Notes under the pieces: generated by a model
Database searches by the model: none
The model's input: the letters and a program-made list of their open reading frames with translations, nothing else
Told to the model about the DNA's origin: nothing
Position numbers and translations under genes: made by a program
Origin: a virus
Lineage: Duplodnaviria > Heunggongvirae > Uroviricota > Caudoviricetes
Strand: one strand, 5' to 3'
Length of the DNA stretch: 9,710 nt
IMG/VR virus record: IMGVR_UViG_2531839663_000002
In this document: one piece after another, positions 1-6,717 of the stretch
Numbering within the stretch: position 1 is the stretch's first letter
Layout: every line of letters begins with the position of its first letter

Positions 1-156
1 TTGCATCAAGAACAGCAGTGTCAGCCCTAGGCTCTCGGACTTTGTACCGCTTATCTTGTCTTCAAAAATCAGCTCGCCTCCTGCACAGTTCAACGCATTA
101 CGTTGTAGATCGATTTTCTGGTCATTTGTTGATACGAAAACATAGCCAATAAGCAT
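1..156 (-). CDS. Serine DNA invertase (Pin/Gin/Hin family), 5' portion only; gene runs off the left window edge; carries the same Arg-to-Phe change as the right copy
   Basis: Minus strand of 1..156 is identical to 2203..2358, so it encodes MLIGYVFVSTNDQKIDLQRNALNCAGGELIFEDKISGTKSE...; start codon at 156..154 preceded by a GAGGGAG Shine-Dalgarno. Not in the ORF track because it is open at the edge. Confidence 0.7.
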   Translation of the reverse strand, partial: MLIGYVFVSTNDQKIDLQRNALNCAGGELIFEDKISGTKSESLGLTLLFLMQ

Positions 157-182
157 GGTAGCTCCCTCTGACAAAAGCAGGA

Positions 183-725
183 ATGATGCCATTTTCTCGT
201 TATTTCTGCATTTTCATAAACGTTGGTTTGGGAGAAGGCTCTGCATTACCGGTTGGGGTGCCTGTTCCGTGGCCTTCAGCCACTCCGCCAACAGGCTGGC
301 TGAAATGCAACGGTGCCGCTTTTTCTGCTGAAGAATACCCGGAACTGGCAAAGGCTTATCCGACAAATAAATTGCCTGATTTACGTGGTGAGTTTATTCG
401 TGGCTGGGATGACGGGCGTGGTATTGATGCTGTACGTGCCTTGCTAAGTCTTCAGAATGGAGGAGTGGAATCACACACCCACCAAGGGCAGCTCTTCAGA
501 GTTAGTGATTATCGTACAAAAGAAATACCAGCATCAGAAGTTATGGGAAGAGGATATATTGCAAGCCTGACGCCGGGTGCTGATAGCCCACTTGATTTTG
601 ATGATTATTCTGTATCTTCTAATCCAAATGGATATTTTGTCGGGAATCAGAGAACAACAGCATATGGGATAAATGAAACCCGTCCACGGAATATTGCATT
701 TAACTATATCGTGAGGGCTGCCTGA
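183..725 (+). CDS. Phage tail-fibre C-terminal (variable, receptor-binding) module; orphan segment with no constant N-terminal part upstream
   Basis: 180-aa ORF with tail-collar-like PVPWPSATPPTGWLKCNGAAFSAEEYPELAKAYP...DLRGEFIRGWDDGRG and terminal NIAFNYIVRAA typical of tail-fibre C-termini. First 18 codons lie in the repeat; in-frame stop at 159..161, so no upstream fusion is possible. Stop overlaps next start (TGATG at 723..727). Confidence 0.7.
   Translation: MMPFSRYFCIFINVGLGEGSALPVGVPVPWPSATPPTGWLKCNGAAFSAEEYPELAKAYPTNKLPDLRGEFIRGWDDGRGIDAVRALLSLQNGGVESHTHQGQLFRVSDYRTKEIPASEVMGRGYIASLTPGADSPLDFDDYSVSSNPNGYFVGNQRTTAYGINETRPRNIAFNYIVRAA
211..236. other. Putative invertase crossover site (hix/gix/pix-like), left copy
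   Basis: Reverse complement reads TTCTCCCAAACCAACGTTTATGAAAA, resembling remembered 26-bp sites hixL TTCTTGAAAACCAAGGTTTTTGATAA and gix TTCCTGTAAACCGAGGTTTTGGATAA (shared TTC..AAACC.A.GTTT..GA.AA). Sits at the inner end of the long repeat. Confidence 0.6.
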
Positions 726-1327
726 TGAATAAAGCCGTATTAAATAACGAACTCATTGCCATAAAAGCGGGAGACATTACCATTTATAATTATGATGGTG
801 AAACGCGGGAATATATTTCCACATCAACTGAATATCTTGCGGTTGGCGTCGGTATCCCGGCATGTTCTTGTTTAGATGCACCAGTTACACATAAAGCTGG
901 TTATGCAATCTGCCGTTCTGCAGATTTTAACTCATGGGAATATGTGCCAGACCATCGCGGTGAAATCATCTATAGCACCGAAACAGGAGAATCGAAAGAA
1001 ATCACAGCTCCGGGTGATTACCCTGAAAATACAACCACTATCGCCCCGTTAACGCCATATGATAAATGGGATGGTGAGAAATGGGTGACGGATACTGAGG
1101 CACAGCATAGTGCCGCAGTAGACGCGGCAGAAGCACAGCGCCAGTCACTGATTGATGCAGCAATGGCTTCCATTAGTCTGATTCAGCTGAAATTACAGGC
1201 CGGACGGAAGTTGACGCAGGCAGAAACAACCCGACTTAACGCCGTGCTGGATTACATTGACGCGGTGGCGGCAACAGATACCAGCACCGCGCCGGATGTC
1301 ATCTGGCCTGAACTGCCGGAGGCGTAG
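725..1327 (+). CDS. Tail fibre assembly protein (Tfa/U-like chaperone)
   Basis: 200-aa ORF translationally coupled to the upstream fibre module; C-terminal LDYIDAVAATDTSTAPDVIWPELP matches the conserved Tfa C-terminal motif and is shared with the convergent paralog. Confidence 0.8.
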   Translation: MNKAVLNNELIAIKAGDITIYNYDGETREYISTSTEYLAVGVGIPACSCLDAPVTHKAGYAICRSADFNSWEYVPDHRGEIIYSTETGESKEITAPGDYPENTTTIAPLTPYDKWDGEKWVTDTEAQHSAAVDAAEAQRQSLIDAAMASISLIQLKLQAGRKLTQAETTRLNAVLDYIDAVAATDTSTAPDVIWPELPEA

Positions 1328-1742
1328 GCCATTCAATATCTGGCGCACTGGAGGAATCAACCAGTTCCAGTGCGTCCAGATAATCCAGCCACAAATTATA
1401 TTGCGCCAGTTCATCATCTTTCAGACGACCAATAGCGGCTTTACCGGGCCATTGCTTACTGTTCATGTATTCGTTGGCCTGGTTAATTAGTAGCTGTCTT
1501 TCTGATTCAGTAATTTCAATAAGTTCTTCATGCGTGGGTGGAGGAATATCTGCCCACGCAGGCAGCCCATCATCTCCGGCAATACGGATTTTTCCTTGTG
1601 GCGGTTCAGCCATAAACTCACTGATAATATTTTGATTTACTTCCTTAGCGTCTGATAAATCCCATCCCTCTGATTTATATTTATCAATCATATCCACAGG
1701 GAAAAAAGCATTATGCCTTGCGCTATAAACATATTCGTTCAT
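1299..1742 (-). CDS. Tail fibre assembly protein (Tfa'/U'-like), second allele
   Basis: Minus-strand ORF; probable start is ATG at 1742..1740 (MNEYVYSARH...) with a GGGTGA Shine-Dalgarno about 7 nt upstream (the ORF track begins at an upstream GTG, 1751). C-terminus LWLDYLDALELVDSSSAPDIEWPTPP parallels the other Tfa. 3' ends overlap the + strand tfa by 29 nt. Confidence 0.8.
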   Translation of the reverse strand: MNEYVYSARHNAFFPVDMIDKYKSEGWDLSDAKEVNQNIISEFMAEPPQGKIRIAGDDGLPAWADIPPPTHEELIEITESERQLLINQANEYMNSKQWPGKAAIGRLKDDELAQYNLWLDYLDALELVDSSSAPDIEWPTPPAVQAR

Positions 1743-1762
1743 ATAAATCACCCTGAATAAAA

Positions 1763-2176
1763 TTACTCACCAACAGCCCACCAACTGTAATTCATCGATA
1801 CCGTGTCGCTGGTTGATGACGTCCTGTAAGCAGAATTAAAGCCGGTTAACGTTGGGCCTTCTGCAGTCATCACGAACCCTCGCCCAGCGCCTAAAGGCGC
1901 ACCGCCATCACCAGAATGAGTAAGCATGGCGCAGTCCGCTTTTTTGGGGAAAGGGATGCTGAATGTAATTCTCATTGTTTGCGTCGATAATGTCGGCGTA
2001 ACCGCACCACTACCATATTGCAGGATTTTCCCGTTGGGTAATTTCATCCATCCATCACCACTGGCAAAAGAGGCCATGTCCGGTATCTGATTTTCCCCTG
2101 TCCCTACATCCCGTTTTGCCGCTTCTCCCAAACCAACGTTTATGAAAATGCAGAAATAACGAGAAAATGGCATCAT
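1763..2176 (-). CDS. Phage tail-fibre C-terminal (variable) module, alternative allele
   Basis: 137-aa ORF starting with the same 18 residues (MMPFSRYFCIFINVGLGE) as 183..725 because both begin in the repeat, then diverging; followed 20 nt downstream by its own tfa gene. Confidence 0.7.
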   Translation of the reverse strand: MMPFSRYFCIFINVGLGEAAKRDVGTGENQIPDMASFASGDGWMKLPNGKILQYGSGAVTPTLSTQTMRITFSIPFPKKADCAMLTHSGDGGAPLGAGRGFVMTAEGPTLTGFNSAYRTSSTSDTVSMNYSWWAVGE

Positions 2177-2358
2177 TCCTGCTTTTGTCAGAGGGAGCTA
2201 CCATGCTTATTGGCTATGTTTTCGTATCAACAAATGACCAGAAAATCGATCTACAACGTAATGCGTTGAACTGTGCAGGAGGCGAGCTGATTTTTGAAGA
2301 CAAGATAAGCGGTACAAAGTCCGAGAGCCTAGGGCTGACACTGCTGTTCTTGATGCAA
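2122..2358. repeat. Right copy of the inverted repeat (IR-R)
   Basis: Exact reverse complement of 1..237. Confidence 0.9.
2123..2148. other. Putative invertase crossover site (hix/gix/pix-like), right copy
   Basis: TTCTCCCAAACCAACGTTTATGAAAA on the + strand; exact inverted partner of 211..236. Confidence 0.6.
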
Positions 2359-2394
2359 ATTAAAGGATTTAATAGTGAGTTGTGGCCTTACTAA
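2203..2394 (+). pseudogene. Serine DNA invertase (Pin/Gin/Hin family) remnant: N-terminal ~40 codons recognisable, then divergent and terminated
   Basis: MLIGYVFVSTNDQKIDLQRNALNCAGGELIFEDKISGTKSE closely matches remembered Gin/Pin N-termini (MLIGYVRVSTNDQ..DLQRNAL..IFEDK.SG). The conserved Arg before the catalytic Ser is Phe (TTC). Frame stops at 2392..2394 after about 64 codons, against roughly 190 aa for an intact invertase. GAGGGAG Shine-Dalgarno precedes ATG 2203. Confidence 0.8.
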
Positions 2395-2403
2395 TGTAAG
2401 GCC
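2384..2403. terminator. Hairpin between the convergent invertase remnant and the GmrSD-like gene; possible terminator
   Basis: 8-bp stem GGCCTTAC / GTAAGGCC with 4-nt loop TAAT, then a moderately T-rich stretch on the + strand (gctataatcattttatt). Lies between the stop at 2392..2394 and the minus-strand stop at 2428..2430. Confidence 0.35.
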
Positions 2404-2427
2404 GCTATAATCATTTTATTAATTGCA

Positions 2428-4317
2428 TTAATCGTGTTTTGGCCATACTTTCAATGCAATTTCCCCCAACTTTTTACCCCGCTCCAGGATTTCACCCTCA
2501 TCCCATTTATCCTTAAGTATAAGTGGTATGTTCAGTCGTAGATTGGTGTGGACGATGAGAGCATCACGTTTTTTCAGAAATACAGCATTCTGAACAGAAC
2601 GGTTTACGCTAAGGTTAAGCAAAGTTAGATTTCCCAACGTAGCTATCGCTTGTTGCCGTTTCCTTACCAGTAGCTGCTCAGGGGTAAGATCTGTTCCAGA
2701 CAGAACAATTTGGTTCAATACCGTTGCATCTGAATTTGTCACCATATGACCATTTTCGAGAGGCCAACAGGAATACCAACTTTGAGGCATAAGATGATCG
2801 ATATCGAGATTGGAAAGATTTGGAACATCAGGCTTCTCTGTCTTCACTTGGCGACAAAGTTCTCTTTCAAGTTCCGTTAACATTGAGCGCATTTTCGGTG
2901 CGTCGAGCCTGCCAGGATAAAGTGGAGCATTGATGCAAGCATTGAGAAATTCTGAGTCACCAGGCCAACGTGAGGCTTCGCCATTTAAGCTATTGAGGAT
3001 ATTACGTAACTCAACACTGGAAATTTCCGTTTTAGACAAGTGCCGCAATACATTCATAAATACATTGTTGTAATTCTTTGGCGTCAGGCCACATACGGCT
3101 CTTCGTACTACGTAGGAGACAAGATCATTATACATGGCTGCTTTCTCATCATCGGCGATATTAGCTATCGAAATGAACAAAGCAAGCGGATAAAGTGTCG
3201 TCACATCATAGGCTGCGATGCGATGTCCAAAGTGTGAGATGGGGGTTGTGCCAAAACCACCAACTAATTCTTTATATTGTGATGCATATTGTTTGAGGCG
3301 CTTTACTTGCAGATCAGCTCGTTGTGAAGGCAAGTCCTTACTTACATAATCACGATACTCATTGTAAAGACGAGACAGATCAATTTCACGTTGCCTTTCT
3401 GATTGCAATGTCGCATGCACTAGCCACTCCATGCGTGGTTTATTAATACGTCCACGGCGTTGCCTTTCCGACCAGTATGTATCTTCAAAGCTCTTCCACT
3501 CATTTTCATATAATTCAATAGCATTAATATTTTCATGCTCAGCGCACATAAAGATGTAGTTGCGAATAAGATCCGTGGCATGAAGTTCCGCCCCTCGGCC
3601 ATTTAATGTTTCAAAAATTATTTGGGCATCATCTTCAGCTTCGAGAAATATGCTTACCAGTTTCAGATCCGTCAAGACAGCCTCAATTAGTGCTACAGCA
3701 TTTTCATGTGGTGAGTACTGTTCTATTTTAATCCATTTTATAAAGGCTTCAGTAAAAAACCATAATGCCTCTAGTGACGGCGGGTGGTTGAAATGTTTAC
3801 GTAACGTACCATGTTGCGTGAAGCTATCAGAAAATACATCACGGAGATCGTCAATGTTTTCAACATTAAAACTTTGAATAAAATGAGTTTGGTCTCGAAA
3901 AGTTGGCCACAGTTTGAAGCATTCTACCTTTTTATTTCGCATAGTTGCTTCGTTTGTATTTTTCAAGCAAGTCAATACTAACCCTTCCAAATCAGAAAGG
4001 CCTGTAGCACGCAATGATAATCGAATGGATGCCAGAATATATTGAAGAGTGGTTAAACGTTGCTGGCCGTCAATAATATGTATGGTATCTACACCTAACA
4101 AGCTGTTTTTGAGTTGAGGTTCCAGCACCACCGCGCCAAGGAAATGGGGAGTTGGTTTTGTTCCCAAAAGTCGGCTATGTGCTTTTTCGAAGATATCCTC
4201 CAGCAAAGCTGACCATTGGTTTTGTTGCGTCCATACGTAGGCACGTTGATAGAATGGAACACGATATTGTCGTTGATTTTGGAAAAGTTGCTGGATGGTT
4301 AGCGTTTCGGATTTCAT
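2428..4317 (-). CDS. GmrSD-family type IV (modification-dependent) restriction endonuclease, DUF262 + DUF1524 architecture
   Basis: 629-aa ORF. N-terminal region has the DUF262 hallmark DGQQR (aa 83-87, ...IHIIDGQQRLTTL) with upstream YRVPFYQRAYVW; C-terminal region has an HNH/His-Me-like DIDHLMPQSW ... NLTLLNLSVNRSVQN pattern typical of DUF1524. Confidence 0.8.
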   Translation of the reverse strand: MKSETLTIQQLFQNQRQYRVPFYQRAYVWTQQNQWSALLEDIFEKAHSRLLGTKPTPHFLGAVVLEPQLKNSLLGVDTIHIIDGQQRLTTLQYILASIRLSLRATGLSDLEGLVLTCLKNTNEATMRNKKVECFKLWPTFRDQTHFIQSFNVENIDDLRDVFSDSFTQHGTLRKHFNHPPSLEALWFFTEAFIKWIKIEQYSPHENAVALIEAVLTDLKLVSIFLEAEDDAQIIFETLNGRGAELHATDLIRNYIFMCAEHENINAIELYENEWKSFEDTYWSERQRRGRINKPRMEWLVHATLQSERQREIDLSRLYNEYRDYVSKDLPSQRADLQVKRLKQYASQYKELVGGFGTTPISHFGHRIAAYDVTTLYPLALFISIANIADDEKAAMYNDLVSYVVRRAVCGLTPKNYNNVFMNVLRHLSKTEISSVELRNILNSLNGEASRWPGDSEFLNACINAPLYPGRLDAPKMRSMLTELERELCRQVKTEKPDVPNLSNLDIDHLMPQSWYSCWPLENGHMVTNSDATVLNQIVLSGTDLTPEQLLVRKRQQAIATLGNLTLLNLSVNRSVQNAVFLKKRDALIVHTNLRLNIPLILKDKWDEGEILERGKKLGEIALKVWPKHD

Positions 4318-4874
4318 TGTTTACCTATAAGTGACATTCCACAAGAGTAAGAAATTCATCTGAGTCAGAATAATCATTTTTATGTAGTCATGATACAGTG
4401 TATTTGTTGCTGGTGAAGTAAAAACGAGAAATCCCGCTTTTGAATGCTGACGTGCTACGGTTTCATTGGATATTCTCTTTTGTCTGTTCTCCATTGCGTC
4501 GGTGTTTTTTCGAGATTGTTAGCACATTGTTGCTGCTGTTTTTTTATCCAAGCGCTGCTAAATCATTGTAGATGGCACTATCGGGTATTGAAGCTGCAGA
4601 CATGTCGTATACAATAGTCAGCTGCGACTGGCTGGTGAACTTCCGATAGTGCGAGTATTGAATGATTTCCAACTGTTATCGATTTTGCGTATTTTTTGCA
4701 TGAGAGGATTTTTACCTCCTCCCACCGATCCTCCATGGCTTTACGCCAGTGTCTCTGGTCTGCTATGTACCAGAAGCGGAAGTTGTGTCTGTTAGTATGA
4801 TATTATAATTACACTCGCTTATAATAAGCCCACAATACAGATATAAAAATATCTCAACGCTTGGGAGTTAACAA

Positions 4875-5336
4875 ATGATTAACTTTACTGAAATTGATAG
4901 TGACGGTGAAGCCTGGGAGTCATTTGCCCGTGATTTTCTTGAAGAACTTGGCTTTTATATTGAATCCGCGCCAGATAGAGGTGCAGATGGAGGTAAAGAT
5001 CTTTTAATCACAGAGCAATTGCAAGGTCAGTTAAATAAATATAAATTTCGTTGGCTTGTTAGCTGTAAACATTATGCAACAAGTAAAAAATCAGTTTCAG
5101 AAAAGGATGAGATTAATATACAAGAACGTATTGATGGATTCAATGCCGACGGATTTATTGGATTTTACTCAACACTGCCAAGTAGTGGTTTAAATTCAAG
5201 AATGACGCAATTAAAAGAGAATGGAAAAATAAAGGACTTTCGATTCTTTGATGGTAAATTAATTGAAAATCACTTAGTCAGAATTGGTTACTCAAAACTA
5301 CTCCTTAGATACTTTCCTGAGAGCTATAAAAAATAA
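4875..5336 (+). CDS. Small stand-alone Mrr-cat-like (PD-(D/E)xK fold) restriction-endonuclease domain protein
   Basis: 153-aa ORF with GGGAG Shine-Dalgarno about 8 nt before the ATG. Motifs GADGGKDLL (4980..5006) and FRWLVSCKHY resemble the Mrr catalytic core (GDGGIDL ... QCKRY). No N-terminal DNA-binding domain. Confidence 0.65.
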   Translation: MINFTEIDSDGEAWESFARDFLEELGFYIESAPDRGADGGKDLLITEQLQGQLNKYKFRWLVSCKHYATSKKSVSEKDEINIQERIDGFNADGFIGFYSTLPSSGLNSRMTQLKENGKIKDFRFFDGKLIENHLVRIGYSKLLLRYFPESYKK

Positions 5337-5347
5337 AACCCAAGCAT

Positions 5348-5785
5348 TTGATTTTTGATAAGTACTTACCTATAAAATGTGATCGTTGTGGAAAGGACTT
5401 AATAGAAAACCATCATGAAGAAAATTATGATGGCATTGTGTGCAATGCAGAGATCATACACGATGACAAACCAAATGAGGTGATAGCGGTTTATTATGCG
5501 TGTAAAGGTGATTGTGATAAGCATTTTGAGGATTATTTTTGGAATGAATATAAAGCGATTACGAGATGGCAGGATATAAGTGATCTAGCCATCCCATTAT
5601 TCTATCTCAAATGGATTATGGGGACATTTAATGAACTTGAGTATGGAAGGAAAACATATACCAAAGAAGCCTTCAATAAAACAAAGGAGATAACATTAGC
5701 GCTATCTCAAATTGTTATGAGAGAAATGACAGAAAAAGAAAGAGAAAGAGTGATGGCTTTGAATTCACTACCTGATTACATATAA
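5348..5785 (+). CDS. Cys-rich hypothetical protein (possible C4 zinc ribbon), likely co-transcribed with the upstream Mrr-cat gene
   Basis: 145-aa ORF starting 12 nt after the upstream stop, same strand. Only a TTG start is in frame and no clear Shine-Dalgarno is seen. CxxC (CDRC) plus CxxxC (CKGDC) could form a zinc ribbon; no recognisable family. Confidence 0.5.
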   Translation: MIFDKYLPIKCDRCGKDLIENHHEENYDGIVCNAEIIHDDKPNEVIAVYYACKGDCDKHFEDYFWNEYKAITRWQDISDLAIPLFYLKWIMGTFNELEYGRKTYTKEAFNKTKEITLALSQIVMREMTEKERERVMALNSLPDYI

Positions 5786-5958
5786 ATTATATTTACTAAC
5801 ATTTGAACTAGCGCATCTTTGGTGCAGAGACACCACCATCTTGGGGACACTGTGAGGCCACTGGCTTCCCAACTTATCGTTATACAGGATAATAAGGTGC
5901 TCCAGGGTAGCTATGAACTTGATGTTACGTCTGCGATTTGCTCATAAGGGACAACCAT

Positions 5959-5991
5959 ACTCAAATCTCCCACATTGCAGGAGATTTGAGT
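5959..5991 (+). promoter_or_regulatory. Hairpin sequestering the Shine-Dalgarno of the tyrosine recombinase gene
   Basis: Perfect 12-bp inverted repeat ACTCAAATCTCC (5959..5970) / GGAGATTTGAGT (5980..5991) with 9-nt loop; the right arm contains GGAG and ends one base before ATG 5992. Confidence 0.5.
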
Positions 5992-6594
5992 ATGAACACG
6001 TCACCGTGGAACAAAGACCGTATCATCGGCCAAAAAAGACCACTTCAGATATCTCATATCTGGGGGATCCGAATCCGGCTTGAACTGGAAGGTAAAACGC
6101 GCGATTTAGCTCAGTTCGATATGGCCCTGGACAGTAAGCTACGAGGCTGTGATCTGGTCAAACTCAAAGTATCTGATGTTGCATATGGTAGCTCTGCTTC
6201 AAGCAGAGCTACGGTGCTGCAACAGAAAACCGGTAGCCCTGTGCAGTTTGAGATAACCAAAGGGACAAGAGAAGCTGTTGCTGCATTGATAATGCTTGGC
6301 AATTTGCATAGTAAAGACTTCTTGTTTCGGTTTCTGGTCGGAACTAATTAGCTCATATCTACCCGGCAATACAACCGAATTTTTCATGGGTGGGTAGAAA
6401 AGCTTGGTCTCGAAGATTCGCTTTACAGCACTCATTCCATGAGAAGAACAAAACCTTACCTGATCTACAAGAAAACCAAGAATCTTCGGGTGATCCAACT
6501 TCTGTTGGGCCATAAGAAACTGGAAAGCACAGTCCGTTATCTGGGTATTGAAGTAGATGATGTGTTAGAGATCTCTGAATCGATTGAAGTCTAA
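5992..6594 (+). pseudogene. Compact (~200 aa) tyrosine recombinase/integrase (catalytic domain only) interrupted by an in-frame TAG at 6349..6351
   Basis: One frame runs 5992..6594 with a single TAG at 6349..6351. Before it: LRGCDLVKLKVSDV...QQKTGSPVQFEITKGTREAV (box I Arg). After it: HSMRRTKPYLIYKKTKNLRVIQLLLGHKKLESTVRYLGIEVDD (H-x-x-R, His, RY Tyr). The downstream part is missing from the ORF track only for lack of a start codon. Confidence 0.8.
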
Positions 6595-6600
6595 GGTTGT

Positions 6601-6622
6601 CAGGGCTGCAACAACAGCCCTG
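6601..6622 (+). other. GC-rich stem-loop just after the recombinase stop codon
   Basis: CAGGGCTG (6601..6608), loop CAACAA, CAGCCCTG (6615..6622); no following T-tract, so not a canonical intrinsic terminator. A TTGACA hexamer follows at 6633..6638. Confidence 0.35.
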
Positions 6623-6717
6623 TGCCAGGAGTTGACACTGTTAGCATCGCGCTATGTTAATTTATGTTGAGCAGTTAAAAATGATAATGTAGTTTATATG
6701 GATAATCAGTTTATAGA

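Larger units (their letters stand above)
1..237. repeat. Left copy of a perfect inverted repeat (IR-L); partner at 2122..2358; extent beyond the left window edge unknown
   Basis: Reverse complement of 1..237 matches 2122..2358 exactly (checked segment by segment). Identity ends at 238/2121 (forward ...gggagaagGctctgc versus ...gggagaagCggcaa). Confidence 0.9.

Noticed and set aside
183-210. ATGATG at 183 as the genuine translation start of a complete tail-fibre protein
   Set aside because: At 180 and 137 aa the fibre ORFs are only C-terminal modules, and the start lies inside the invertase-proximal repeat. In canonical systems these modules are fused to an upstream constant region, which is absent here, so the ATG is probably fortuitous.
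1193-1490. ORFs 1193..1417 (-) and 1257..1490 (+) from the six-frame track
   Set aside because: They lie antisense to or out of frame within the two tail fibre assembly genes, which have family-level sequence support; they have no start-site signals of their own.
2167-2202. ORF-track start at 2167 (MASFLLLSEGAT...) for the invertase
   Set aside because: Family N-termini begin MLIGYV, and ATG 2203 has a GAGGGAG Shine-Dalgarno immediately upstream; the 12-codon extension is not supported.
3040-4334. Short ORFs 3040..3237 (+), 3420..3602 (-), 3650..3877 (+), 4152..4334 (+)
   Set aside because: All are embedded in or antisense to the 629-aa GmrSD-like gene, which has clear domain motifs; these are the usual shadow ORFs of a long gene.
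5938-5991. GTG start at 5938 for the recombinase (ORF-track start)
   Set aside because: The ATG at 5992 is preceded by GGAG at the right spacing, and the upstream 18 codons overlap the 12-bp hairpin; the extension is more likely untranslated leader.
6111-6513. ORFs 6111..6302 (-) and 6199..6513 (-)
   Set aside because: Antisense to the tyrosine recombinase reading frame, which carries the conserved catalytic motifs; no independent support.
5947-6602. Possible short inverted repeats (GGTTGTC) flanking the recombinase gene as an invertible switch
   Set aside because: Only about 7 bp match, which is expected by chance over this distance; no further symmetry supports a switch.
6601-6622. Intrinsic terminator downstream of the recombinase
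   Set aside because: The stem-loop is strong but has no following T-tract, so it is recorded only as a stem-loop of uncertain function.
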